Shown: positions 28,953-38,173 of the stretch, one piece after another
Numbering within the stretch: position 1 is the stretch's first letter
How the letters are laid out: each line of letters begins with the position of its first letter
Origin: Candidatus Taylorbacteria bacterium RIFCSPHIGHO2_01_FULL_46_22b
Lineage (GTDB): Bacteria; Patescibacteriota; Minisyncoccia; Phycocordibacterales; DSPV01
DNA length: 64,000 bases
Assembly (NCBI GenBank): GCA_001820875.1
Contig: MHRF01000013.1
Location: 9,992 to 73,991, forward strand
Direction: 5' to 3'
Position numbers and translations under genes: made by a program
The notes under the pieces: model-generated
The model's database searches: none
Seen by the model: only the letters and a program-made list of their open reading frames with translations
Told to the model about the DNA's origin: nothing

Positions 28953-29369
28953 TCAGGGCCATTGGGCGGTTCCAGAGATCCAATCATCCTTGCGAGCAAG
29001 TGTAGCTTCTTCGCGCTTCCGAGCGCGGATTTCCGACGCAATTGCTTCGGCAAACAACTGGCTCATGCTGCCCGAGTACCCTCCCTCTGCGAGCGTAAGA
29101 CGGTAGTGTTTTATGATGTGATCGCAAGTTGCACAATGGTTCTGTGCACGATCGCAACCGGCTGGATCGAGAATCAAACGGATGGAACGACGTAGTTCCC
29201 ACATTCTTTCGTCTCGTTTTCCTACGAAACAAACTGAGATGAACTGTGTGTAGATCGGGTAAAAGATTTTGAATCGAAGAAACTGGACACTTCGGACACC
29301 AAGGTTGAGCAAGGTTTTCATGGGTTTGGAAAATGAACGAGGTTGGTTTGGTCGTTCCAATAAAGACAT
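28953..29369 (-). CDS. Hypothetical 138-aa protein upstream of grpE (position where hrcA often lies, but too short for HrcA)
   Basis: ORF only. Contains CxxxxxxxCxxC-like spacing (CDRAQNHCATCDH). Confidence 0.3.
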   Translation of the reverse strand: MSLLERPNQPRSFSKPMKTLLNLGVRSVQFLRFKIFYPIYTQFISVCFVGKRDERMWELRRSIRLILDPAGCDRAQNHCATCDHIIKHYRLTLAEGGYSGSMSQLFAEAIASEIRARKREEATLARKDDWISGTAQWP

Positions 29370-29429
29370 TGCAACAAAAGAGAGGGTATGTAAACCCTCT
29401 CTTTTGTTTCTGAGATTTTTTGGTATAAG

Positions 29430-29840
29430 CTAGCGTTTCGACCACTGCGGGGCTTTACGCGCTTTCTTGAGTCCAAATTTACGGCGTTCTTTTGCACGGG
29501 AATCACGTTTCAAATACCCGTCTTTTTTTAGTGTCGCACGAAGTTCAATGTCATGAATGATGAGTGCCCGTGCAATTGCATGTCGAAGTGCAATTGCTTG
29601 TGAAGAAATACCTCCACCCGAGATTCGTACGGTCGCTTTGAATTTCGGCTGTGGATCAAGTTTTCGAAAAGGAGCAAGGACAGTAGCGCGAAGGAATTCG
29701 GTTGGAAAATATACTTCAAATTCACGGTCATTTATCGTAAACGACTGCTTTGCAGCAGGAGTCATACGAAGCGTTGCAATCGAAGTCTTTCGTCTTCCGA
29801 TAGTTTTGATATAGCGATCTGATTTGGTAGCTAGGGTCAT
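29430..29840 (-). CDS. rpsI: 30S ribosomal protein S9
   Basis: GGGISSQAIALRHAIARAL ... ARKAPQWSKR C-terminus. Confidence 0.9.
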   Translation of the reverse strand: MTLATKSDRYIKTIGRRKTSIATLRMTPAAKQSFTINDREFEVYFPTEFLRATVLAPFRKLDPQPKFKATVRISGGGISSQAIALRHAIARALIIHDIELRATLKKDGYLKRDSRAKERRKFGLKKARKAPQWSKR

Positions 29841-29842
29841 GT

Positions 29843-30190
29843 TTATTCTTTTACAATAAGATGTTTGATCATTTTTGCGCGCAGTCGGTTGGTAGGAAGC
29901 ATTCCGTATACCGCCTTGCGGAACAACTCGCTATACCCTTTCTTTTCGACTACCTGTGACGCGGTTAGCACTTTGCGACCGCCGGCATAACCCGAGTAGT
30001 TATCGTACTCTTTTGTGCTCAATTTTTTCTCGGAAATGTCGATTTTTGATGCATTTTCAATAACCACGGTGACTTCAGGAATCGTGTTGCGTGCAAAATC
30101 AGCGCGATCTTTCCCCATGATGATCTTAGCTGCTTCACTTGCAATTCTGCCAAGCCGTTTATTTGTTGCGTCAATTACGTGGTTTTTCAT
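29843..30190 (-). CDS. rplM: 50S ribosomal protein L13
   Basis: HVIDATNKRLGRIASEAAKIIMGK and GMLPTNRLRAKMIKHL motifs. Start taken at MKNHVID; an upstream MAAHK start is possible. Confidence 0.8.
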   Translation of the reverse strand: MKNHVIDATNKRLGRIASEAAKIIMGKDRADFARNTIPEVTVVIENASKIDISEKKLSTKEYDNYSGYAGGRKVLTASQVVEKKGYSELFRKAVYGMLPTNRLRAKMIKHLIVKE

Positions 30191-30194
30191 ACAA

Positions 30195-30545
30195 TTATAC
30201 GAATTCAATAATAGCTTGTGAGCTGCCATCTTTGCGCATTTTTCCAAGTTTTGCAATACGAGTATATCCGCCTTGGCGATCCTTATATTTAGGTGCAATA
30301 GTGTTGATCAAATGTGCTGTTCCGCGGACACTGCCAATTCGCGATTGCAACAAGCGACGACTCTGGAGCGTTGGTGTCTTTGCACGGGTCAGCAATCGTT
30401 CAATAAACGGCCGTAATTCTCGAGCTTTGGTAATTGTGGTCTGGATTCTTCCATGAACAATAAGCGAGAGCACCAAAGAGCGCATCAAAGCATTTCGCTG
30501 ATTGCGTTCGCGTCCGAATTTTCTGTTTACTTTGTGGTGTCTCAT
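30195..30545 (-). CDS. rplQ: 50S ribosomal protein L17
   Basis: MRHHKVNRKFGRERNQRNALMRSLVLSLIVHGRIQTT. Confidence 0.9.
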   Translation of the reverse strand: MRHHKVNRKFGRERNQRNALMRSLVLSLIVHGRIQTTITKARELRPFIERLLTRAKTPTLQSRRLLQSRIGSVRGTAHLINTIAPKYKDRQGGYTRIAKLGKMRKDGSSQAIIEFV

Positions 30546-30561
30546 ACAATGATGTTAAAAA

Positions 30562-31536
30562 TTACTCTCTCAATGAAAGGTTGATTGCACTAAGTGCTTT
30601 CTTGATCTCCTGCACTCCTTTATTCCCCAATCCATCTATATCAAGGATATCTTCTTCACGTTTTCGCACCAAACCGCCCACAGTTCTGATGTTTGCAGCA
30701 GTCAGCGCATGCATAGTGCGCTGAGAAAGATCGAGTGTTTCAACGCGAGTCTTGAGAATTTCAGGGTCTGTTTCTTTTGAAATTTTCTTTTCAGACATAT
30801 CTTCTTTGACCGCAACTGGTTCCGGAGCAACTTCGAGGACTTCCTCTTTAAATCCGATGATGGCTTTAAGCTGATTGACCATAATCTCAATAGATTTTGA
30901 GAGGGCTTCATGCGGAGTGATAGTTCCATCCGTCTCAATATGCAATTTCATGCGGTTGAAATCTGTTCGGTTTCCCACGCGCATGTTCTCCACTTCGTAA
31001 TTGACTCGGCGAATCGGAGTAAATGCAGCATCAAGCGAAATATTACCAATTTCCACTCGATCTTTCTGAAGAGTTTCTTTTGACATATAACCCAGACCGC
31101 GTTCAACAGTCATCTCAACTGCAAGCTCCTTCCCTTTTGCAGTAACTGATGCAAGGTGAAGTTTTGGATTGAGCACTTTTACTTGTCCGGGAACATCAAG
31201 GTCTCCCGCAGACGCATCTGCAGGACCTTTAACCTTCAAGCTAATCTTTTGAGGTTCATCGGTAGTCATCTGCAAACGAACTTTTTTAAGATTGAGAATC
31301 AAGGTAACCACATCCTCCTTAACACCTTCAATTGTAGAAAATTCATGATTAATACCGTCAATTTTGATAGAGGTGATCGCTGCTCCCGGAAGTGAGGAGA
31401 GGATAATCCGGCGCAACGAATTTCCAAGCGTGTGTCCATAGCCTGGGTAGAGATTATCTATCTCGTAGACACCTACAAAATCGTCTTCAGAGACGATGCG
31501 AGGTTTTGACGGTAACATGATGCTATAGTCGGCCAT
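30562..31536 (-). CDS. rpoA: DNA-directed RNA polymerase subunit alpha
   Basis: N-terminal dimerisation domain (GYGHTLGNSLRRILLSSLPG) and the C-terminal alpha-CTD HhH region. Confidence 0.9.
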   Translation of the reverse strand: MADYSIMLPSKPRIVSEDDFVGVYEIDNLYPGYGHTLGNSLRRIILSSLPGAAITSIKIDGINHEFSTIEGVKEDVVTLILNLKKVRLQMTTDEPQKISLKVKGPADASAGDLDVPGQVKVLNPKLHLASVTAKGKELAVEMTVERGLGYMSKETLQKDRVEIGNISLDAAFTPIRRVNYEVENMRVGNRTDFNRMKLHIETDGTITPHEALSKSIEIMVNQLKAIIGFKEEVLEVAPEPVAVKEDMSEKKISKETDPEILKTRVETLDLSQRTMHALTAANIRTVGGLVRKREEDILDIDGLGNKGVQEIKKALSAINLSLRE

Positions 31537-31577
31537 GATATAGAATTATTAAAAAATAAAGAGACTAAAATAAGACT

Positions 31578-32186
31578 TTAACGCTTATAAAATTCGAGGA
31601 CTGTAGTAAAATCGAGCCCCGAACCAGCTTCAAGTTTCGGCGTCCCTGTCACTGTCCCCTGCTTCTTGATCGGATCAAGAGATAACCAGTTGGGAACAGA
31701 TAATGCCGGAAGTTTTTCATCGAGTTTGTCGAAAATCTTCTTTTTTGAGCTCCCCGGACGGATACTCACCACATCCCCCTCTTCAAGACGACAAGAAGGG
31801 ATGTCAACTCGGCGACCATTTACACACAGGTGTCCATGATTGACGATTTGGCGCACGCCAAGGCGTGTTGGTCCGAGTCCAAGTCGGTACGCAACGCTGT
31901 CGAGACGACGTTCAAGTGTCTCATAGAGTCTCTCGTCTTGTTTGATACCTTTTTTTGAGAGAATTTGTTGAACATATTTCTTAAGCTGGCGCTCGTTGAT
32001 CAAATAGGTATAACGAACTTTCTGTTTTTCAAGCAATTGTCGGCCGAAATCAGTTAGGGTTTTTGGATGCTTACGTGATCGCTCTCCACGGCGCCCCATA
32101 GACAATGCAAATTTCTGCGTCTGTGTTTTCTCAAACACAGGTACTCCTAGACGACGGGCGATTTTGTATTTTGACTTAATTAACAT
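31578..32186 (-). CDS. rpsD: 30S ribosomal protein S4
   Basis: KIARRLGVPVFEK ... S4 RNA-binding domain (RLDSVAYRLGL). Confidence 0.9.
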   Translation of the reverse strand: MLIKSKYKIARRLGVPVFEKTQTQKFALSMGRRGERSRKHPKTLTDFGRQLLEKQKVRYTYLINERQLKKYVQQILSKKGIKQDERLYETLERRLDSVAYRLGLGPTRLGVRQIVNHGHLCVNGRRVDIPSCRLEEGDVVSIRPGSSKKKIFDKLDEKLPALSVPNWLSLDPIKKQGTVTGTPKLEAGSGLDFTTVLEFYKR

Positions 32187-32194
32187 GGTAGATT

Positions 32195-32623
32195 TTAAAC
32201 CCTTCGAGGACGTTTTGGGCGGGGTCCATTATAAGGAACTGGAGTCACATCTTTGATACTTGCAAGAGAAATGCCACGAGAAATGATGCTACGGATAGAT
32301 GATTCTCGTCCAGGACCAATGCCTTTTACCACCACCTGCACTTCTTTTACTCCCATCGCTGTAGCGCGTTCCGCGATAACTTCACCGACTTTTGCCGCTG
32401 CAAAGGGAGTTCCCTTCCGAGCACCTTTAAATCCAAGTGCTCCACTTGAAGACCATGTCAATACGTTTCCTTTTTCATCCGAAAGAGTCAAGCGGGTATT
32501 ATTATATGAAGAATCAACATACACCACTGCGCTGGCAATATGACGTTTAAGCGAGCGTGATGCTCCTGCATCAGCTTTGCTATCTCCTGTCCCATCTTGT
32601 TTTGCGACTCGTTTCTTTCCCAT
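32195..32623 (-). CDS. rpsK: 30S ribosomal protein S11
   Basis: ASFNNTRLTL...GFKGARKGTPFAA...PHNGCRPPKRRRV-like C-terminus (PYNGPRPKRPRRV). Confidence 0.9.
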   Translation of the reverse strand: MGKKRVAKQDGTGDSKADAGASRSLKRHIASAVVYVDSSYNNTRLTLSDEKGNVLTWSSSGALGFKGARKGTPFAAAKVGEVIAERATAMGVKEVQVVVKGIGPGRESSIRSIISRGISLASIKDVTPVPYNGPRPKRPRRV

Positions 32624-32629
32624 AATAAA

Positions 32630-33010
32630 TTATTTCTTATCGAGCTTTCTACGTCCAGTGCCCATCGTCTTTCGCACATTTCCACGGCGAGTACGTGAAT
32701 TGGTCTTGGTTCGCTGTCCCCGTGATGGAAGACCTCGCGCATGTCTACTTCCTCGGTATGTCTTTATGTCCTTCAGCCGTTTGATATTTCCAGCCACAAT
32801 TCGTTTTAAATCTCCCTCAATCTTAAATGCGTCAATAAGTTTGCGGAGCTCATTTTCTTCAGCAGGTGAAAGTTCTTTTGCTTTCTTTCCATTATCAATT
32901 TTTGCTTTATACAAAATATACTGTGCGCGCGAACGCCCAATACCATAGATAGCAGTCAATGCGATCTCCATTCTCTTATTTTCCGGCAATGTAATACCTG
33001 CAATACGCAT
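32630..33010 (-). CDS. rpsM: 30S ribosomal protein S13
   Basis: [29 protein letters not shown]. Start inside the longer track ORF. Confidence 0.9.
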   Translation of the reverse strand: MRIAGITLPENKRMEIALTAIYGIGRSRAQYILYKAKIDNGKKAKELSPAEENELRKLIDAFKIEGDLKRIVAGNIKRLKDIKTYRGSRHARGLPSRGQRTKTNSRTRRGNVRKTMGTGRRKLDKK

Positions 33011-33023
33011 GTCGTTATATAAA

Positions 33024-33140
33024 TTAACCCTGACGCTGCTTATGACGCGCATCAGAAGTGCAGACAACATACAAGTGGCCGCTTCTGCGAACCACTCGGC
33101 AGTTCTTGCACAATTTTTTTACTGAAGCCCGTACACGCAT
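33024..33140 (-). CDS. rpmJ: 50S ribosomal protein L36 (not in ORF track, 38 aa)
   Basis: Hand translation of the minus strand gives [38 protein letters not shown], the canonical L36 zinc-ribbon. Confidence 0.85.
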   Translation of the reverse strand: MRVRASVKKLCKNCRVVRRSGHLYVVCTSDARHKQRQG

Positions 33141-33181
33141 AAAATAAGACCTGTTAGTAAGTTAAAAACAAAAAAGAAAGG

Positions 33182-33397
33182 CTAGCTCCTCTTTATAATG
33201 CGTCCTTTACCACCATACGGATCAAGCTTAACGACAACACTGTCGCCGACAAGTACTCGAATCCTATGTAACCGCATCTTGCCTGCAAGATATGCCAACA
33301 TTTCCTCTCCTTCTTGAGTAGTCACTCTAAAGAGGGTGTTGGGCAAAGCTTCAGTTACAACACCGGTTACGGTGTCTTTTTCGTTTTCAATTCCCAT
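33182..33397 (-). CDS. infA: Translation initiation factor IF-1
   Basis: S1-like OB fold. GVVTEALPNTLFRVTTQEGEEMLAYLAGKMR. Confidence 0.9.
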   Translation of the reverse strand: MGIENEKDTVTGVVTEALPNTLFRVTTQEGEEMLAYLAGKMRLHRIRVLVGDSVVVKLDPYGGKGRIIKRS

Positions 33398-33436
33398 TCG
33401 TGAGGGAGAATAGCATACTAGCAGAACTTGGCATAT

Positions 33437-34777
33437 CTAGTCAAGTTTAAGCTTAATGTGTATCTTGTCGGGATTGCTCGGATAGGACTGGAGCCACATA
33501 GGTTTTAGGATTACTTCAGCTTGTTCTATTGCGCTGTATTTTTGCATTACACCATTGGTAGCTTGTTTAGGTTTCCCCTCAAGGTCTTCTTTTACCTTTT
33601 TCTCATCAAATTGCCATACAAAGTGTGCATTTCCTGAAACAGAGAGCGACAGGTTGCCGGCTTCCCATAAGGCTTTTTGAGTTGAGTTATGAGGAACAAG
33701 ATCTAAATCGGAAAGATTCTGAATAAGGATCCCTCCACCGGTATATTCAGAAAGCATCTTGTTCGCGACAGCTTCACTGAAAGCAAATGTGTCAAACGCA
33801 AGTGCGTGAACAACACCAAGAACACTGATTACCACCCCATCCCCGCTCGGGTTATCAACAGAATTGATAGAAAAATCAACACTGGAAAGATCTTGGGGTG
33901 CAACAACTGAAGTAGGAAGTGATGAATTAATTTTATTTTTGAGACTCTCGGCAAGATCCACTTTTAATTTATCGGTAATAGCAGAAAGAGTGACTTCATC
34001 AACTACTCTAGCTTTTCCTGAAAAACCTCCAACAATGTCGCTTTTGATCCGCCCATAAAATGCTTCATATCGCGGAGAGCCTTTAAAACCAGGGATGGTG
34101 AAGTCTCCTTTCAAATCAGCGACCTTCAAATTGTAATCCGTTCCGACTGCATCAGCATAGACAGTCACAGTGATGCTCCCAGGAACCTTAGAACCACTTT
34201 CAATTTTCTGCCCCGGAACAACCACTGAAGAATCGATTCGATAAATACGTCCGTCTGGAGCCTCAAATCGAGTATTTTTAATCAGTCGTTGGTCAGCGTT
34301 GGAAAAATTATTGTACACAACAATTTGTCCCGAAGCTTTTTTCTGGACATCCGCTTCTTTGTTGCTTGGCACCACCTCGGAAGCGCTTGATGTGGCAGTC
34401 AGAACAGTATAAGCGAGTACGGCGTTGGAAGGCATTGAAGAAATCGGCAAAGAAATATCTACGCTCGCAGTTATTTGTTTAGGAGTTATGGTTACCACCG
34501 CAGAAGAAAAAATATTGGAAACAAGGATCCCTGCTGCAGCAAGCACCAAAATAGAACCGACAATTATTCCCCATCTGAAAAATCTGCCGTTTTTCTTGCG
34601 GGGAGCACGTTTTTCGGACGGACGTTCCTCTTCGATTTCCACTTTTCTGCTACGAGGAAGCGGAATATGTCGTATGGATTTCCTTCCGGGTGGCATAATA
34701 TCTTGTAAGATTTTTTTTATCATCTTCAATTTCTCAAAGTATAGCATACCCACCCTTGACTGTATCAATACCATCAT
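33437..34777 (-). CDS. Hypothetical membrane-anchored protein (cytoplasmic basic N-tail, one TM, large extracytoplasmic beta-rich domain)
   Basis: TM WGIIVGSILVLAAAGILVSNIF. No recognised motif. 4-bp start/stop overlap with the upstream gene. Confidence 0.5.
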   Translation of the reverse strand: MMVLIQSRVGMLYFEKLKMIKKILQDIMPPGRKSIRHIPLPRSRKVEIEEERPSEKRAPRKKNGRFFRWGIIVGSILVLAAAGILVSNIFSSAVVTITPKQITASVDISLPISSMPSNAVLAYTVLTATSSASEVVPSNKEADVQKKASGQIVVYNNFSNADQRLIKNTRFEAPDGRIYRIDSSVVVPGQKIESGSKVPGSITVTVYADAVGTDYNLKVADLKGDFTIPGFKGSPRYEAFYGRIKSDIVGGFSGKARVVDEVTLSAITDKLKVDLAESLKNKINSSLPTSVVAPQDLSSVDFSINSVDNPSGDGVVISVLGVVHALAFDTFAFSEAVANKMLSEYTGGGILIQNLSDLDLVPHNSTQKALWEAGNLSLSVSGNAHFVWQFDEKKVKEDLEGKPKQATNGVMQKYSAIEQAEVILKPMWLQSYPSNPDKIHIKLKLD

Positions 34778-35958
34778 TGTGCATGAGAAAGGTAGTGCAT
34801 GAGTACAACTTCTAGATTTCCTTGTACTTGAGAATCAGCAGTTAAGGTCTCTCCAAAAGAAGTACTCGAAAGTGGTGTCAGAGTATACTCACCACAAGAA
34901 TCAAGCCCCAGAGAAGGTATGGAGGTAAACAACATAATATCAAGCCAATCAAAAGATAAAATAAAAACGGACTTCGCCAGCGTAAACCGTTCGCTTAATT
35001 TTTGGCGGGCAAGTGTAAATTGCTTTGTCCACTCATTCCCCACTTCTTTGAGTGCCTCGCTAAATTTTCCTTCAGCGGTATTATGCAGTTTCTGATCTCG
35101 GTACAAAAGAGCATGGGAATGTGCGACAGTTCGAGTGGTGGAAAGTTTTTTAGCAATAGCTCCAAGGATGTGATCTGTCCCATAAGGAAAAAGTATCTGA
35201 CGGGTCGCGATTTTGTTTTCCACGCTATAGAGAGAAGACGCATGCGGAAAAATCGTACAAAGTAGAAAATTTTGAGGATGTGTTTGCGTCTGCGCAAGCA
35301 CATCAAGAACCGCATGTCTTACCGTCAAGTGAGAAAGTTCCGCATAATGAAAAAGAGAGTGTGCCACATCCATTAGTTTTTGTAGCATGTCAGCAGGTAC
35401 GGCCTCAAGAGACAGTTCGGCAGAGAAACTCTTATATGAACGCGATAAAAAATCAGAAACAGGGTACCCATCCAGCACTGCAAAAGAAAGTTTCTCTGTT
35501 ACCACCGCAAGCCGCGACACGCTCCCCCCAGTTGTCTCTTTAATATTTCGCCGATATCCAGCAGCAAAACGTTTTTTGGCTTCCAAGACTGCATTTTCGA
35601 GTGTTTTCGTGTCGAGTTCTGTCTGCTTGGGCGAATGAATAGAAATTTGCTCGTTTCCATATATCGCAAAAGGCGGGGTGTAGAAAAAAACAACACGGGA
35701 AACGGAGCTTTCAGAAACATTTTTCTGCAAAAATTTTTCGCCCTCATGTAACAATTGATAAACAGACGATGTGATCGCGGCATATAACTCTCGATCAGTG
35801 CCTTGCCAATTCTTGGAGAGAGCCTTTTCTTTGGAAAAGAGCGGTCTGGGCGCTTTACCTTCAAGTATTTCGAACACAAGAACTTTTACAAGTGTCTTGC
35901 ATAGCAATACATTAATAGTAACCGGACGTGTTTTTCCGCGAGAACTCAAAAACTTCAT
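34774..35958 (-). CDS. Hypothetical 394-aa cytoplasmic protein, cotranscribed with 33437-34777
   Basis: ORF only. Weak resemblance in size and position to actin-like PilM/FtsA partners of a membrane-anchored protein, but no phosphate-binding motifs seen. Confidence 0.45.
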   Translation of the reverse strand: MKFLSSRGKTRPVTINVLLCKTLVKVLVFEILEGKAPRPLFSKEKALSKNWQGTDRELYAAITSSVYQLLHEGEKFLQKNVSESSVSRVVFFYTPPFAIYGNEQISIHSPKQTELDTKTLENAVLEAKKRFAAGYRRNIKETTGGSVSRLAVVTEKLSFAVLDGYPVSDFLSRSYKSFSAELSLEAVPADMLQKLMDVAHSLFHYAELSHLTVRHAVLDVLAQTQTHPQNFLLCTIFPHASSLYSVENKIATRQILFPYGTDHILGAIAKKLSTTRTVAHSHALLYRDQKLHNTAEGKFSEALKEVGNEWTKQFTLARQKLSERFTLAKSVFILSFDWLDIMLFTSIPSLGLDSCGEYTLTPLSSTSFGETLTADSQVQGNLEVVLMHYLSHAQ

Positions 35959-35983
35959 ATTCCTTTTAGTATAACATTACTCT

Positions 35984-37867
35984 CTACCCAAGCACCGCAC
36001 GTATGCGGCGAACACCCCGAGAAATCCCTTCTTCTTTTGAAATTTTAAAGTTTCCGCCAAGCTCGGAAGTATTGTTCACATGCGGCCCACCACAAATTTC
36101 TTGACTGAAAAAACCTTTTTCCAGAAAACCGATGCGATACACGCTAACTATTTCAGGATAGCGCTCTCCAAAAACCCCTACCACTCCTTGTTTTTGGGCT
36201 TCTGCATATGGCATGGTTGTCTTCTCGACGGGCAACGCCTCCGCAATCTTTTCGTTCACAATTCGCTCAACTTCCACAATTTGTTCAGAAGTAAGCTTGG
36301 TATCATTCGGAAAATCAAACCTAAGACGCTCCGGAGTGATATTGCTCCCTTTCTGATATACATGATTTCCAAGTACTTGACGCAGTGCTTGATTTAAAAG
36401 ATGAGTAGCTGTGTGATATTTGATGGACATATCCGATGTATCTGCCAGCCCACCTTTAAATTTCTTCTCCGAAGTATTCCGTGAAAGTTCTCTGTGCTTG
36501 TCTCTATGTGTCGCAAGTTCTGTAGTGTCTACAGTCAAACCTTGTTTGCGTGCAAGTTCAATACTTAATTCTTCGGGAAAACCGTAAGACTGGTAGAGAT
36601 TAAAAATGTCTTCGGCCTGCAACACACCTTTTGTAGCCACTTGGGTAAATTGCCGGACGCCAGCTTCAAGTGTCTTTAAAAACTTCTCCGCCTCAAGTAA
36701 TAGGTGTTTTACAACTTCTTCCTGCCCATCATCGATTTCCGGATAAAACCGCCCGTATGATTGTATATAAACATCAACAACTTCCTTAATCCACGCCGTA
36801 CCTTCTATCTGAAGCGCTCGTGCATTAAAAAGCGCGCGGCGCACCAAACGGCGCACGACATATCCGCGATCTTTGTTGCTCGGCTCGACACCGGCGGCAA
36901 TCATAAATGTGGCCGCGCGCAGATGGTCCGCAATAATGCGAAAAGGTCGCTTTTCTTCCTCGGTACTTGCCTTATATGAACGTTTGGAAATTCTTTCAAG
37001 TTTTTCCACGGCGCGTTTGAGCACATCAACTGCAAATATATCAGGGGAATTTAAGAGTGCTGCTCCAATACGCTCCAGTCCTCCACCAAAGTCGACATTT
37101 TTCTGCGGGAGTGATTTGAAACTACCATCGGCTGATTTCACATATTCCATAAAGACGCTGTTGCCGATCTCCAAGAATCGTCCGCAATCACAATTGGGAT
37201 GGCACTCGGCTCCAAATCTTGGATCATGCTTAATAGCAGTGAATTCATAAAACATCTCCGAATCAGGACCTCCGGGCTCGCCTGATGGCATTGCGTGTGG
37301 CGCGCCGGAACGCGACCACCAATTTTTTCGCGCGTCATAATAAAAAATTCTGCCACCCTGCATACCAGATCGTGAGGCTTCTTCAAGCGAACCGAGGTGC
37401 ACATCGTTCGCAATGATGCCCTTTGATTTGAATAATTCTTTCCAAATTAAAACTGAATCAGTATCTTTGGGAAGATTGAGTGTTTGGTCGCCGGCAAATA
37501 CAGTAACGTAAAGACGTTCGGGAGAAATTCCAAGATTATCCGTCAAAAAGGAGAAAAACCACGACAACTGTTCTCTCTTGAAATAATCCCCAAATGACCA
37601 GTTGCCAAGCATCTCAAAAAAAGTCGTATGCCGATTATCTCCAACTTCATCCATATCTTCGGCACGAAAACATTTTTGAGCATCGACAAGCCTCTTTCCT
37701 GCCGGATGCGGTGCTCCCAATAAAAACGGTATGATCGGTTGCATACCTGAACCCGTAAAAAGCGTCGTCGGATCATTTTCGGGCAACAAAGAAGCTGAAG
37801 GGATGATGGCATGTCCTTCGAGCTCAAAAAACTTTAAATATCGGTCTCGTAGCGTTTCTATGTCCAT
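35984..37867 (-). CDS. alaS: Alanyl-tRNA synthetase (short form lacking the C-terminal C-Ala domain)
   Basis: N-terminal FRAEDMDEVGDNRHTTFFEMLGNWSFGDYFK. Editing-domain HxxxH (KYHTATHLL). 627 aa versus about 870 typical. Confidence 0.85.
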   Translation of the reverse strand: MDIETLRDRYLKFFELEGHAIIPSASLLPENDPTTLFTGSGMQPIIPFLLGAPHPAGKRLVDAQKCFRAEDMDEVGDNRHTTFFEMLGNWSFGDYFKREQLSWFFSFLTDNLGISPERLYVTVFAGDQTLNLPKDTDSVLIWKELFKSKGIIANDVHLGSLEEASRSGMQGGRIFYYDARKNWWSRSGAPHAMPSGEPGGPDSEMFYEFTAIKHDPRFGAECHPNCDCGRFLEIGNSVFMEYVKSADGSFKSLPQKNVDFGGGLERIGAALLNSPDIFAVDVLKRAVEKLERISKRSYKASTEEEKRPFRIIADHLRAATFMIAAGVEPSNKDRGYVVRRLVRRALFNARALQIEGTAWIKEVVDVYIQSYGRFYPEIDDGQEEVVKHLLLEAEKFLKTLEAGVRQFTQVATKGVLQAEDIFNLYQSYGFPEELSIELARKQGLTVDTTELATHRDKHRELSRNTSEKKFKGGLADTSDMSIKYHTATHLLNQALRQVLGNHVYQKGSNITPERLRFDFPNDTKLTSEQIVEVERIVNEKIAEALPVEKTTMPYAEAQKQGVVGVFGERYPEIVSVYRIGFLEKGFFSQEICGGPHVNNTSELGGNFKISKEEGISRGVRRIRAVLG

Positions 37868-37879
37868 AGTTTAAGCTCA

Positions 37880-38173
37880 TTATACAACAAAACCCTCTCG
37901 TTTTAAGAGTGCTATTTTGCGCTCCCTGCCACGATTATATTCCCCAATTGAGCCATCGGAACAAATTACTCGGTGGCAGGGAATCGCCGGATTGAAATTC
38001 CTTTTGAGAATATTTCCTACTGCGCGATATGCTCGCGGAGATTTTGCACGGCGCGCGACTTCTCCATATGTCAGTACCTTCCCTTTCGGTATCAAAGCGA
38101 CCACGGTATATACCCGTTCTTTAAAAGAGTTTTTTATTTTCTTTCGAGTCATCAACAATTTCTTGTTTTTCAA
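37880..38173 (-). CDS. MGMT-family protein (methylated-DNA-protein-cysteine methyltransferase DNA-binding/active-site domain only)
   Basis: PCHRVI active-site motif and HTH. 97 aa. Overlaps the next gene by about 50 bp. Confidence 0.65.
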   Translation of the reverse strand: MKNKKLLMTRKKIKNSFKERVYTVVALIPKGKVLTYGEVARRAKSPRAYRAVGNILKRNFNPAIPCHRVICSDGSIGEYNRGRERKIALLKREGFVV

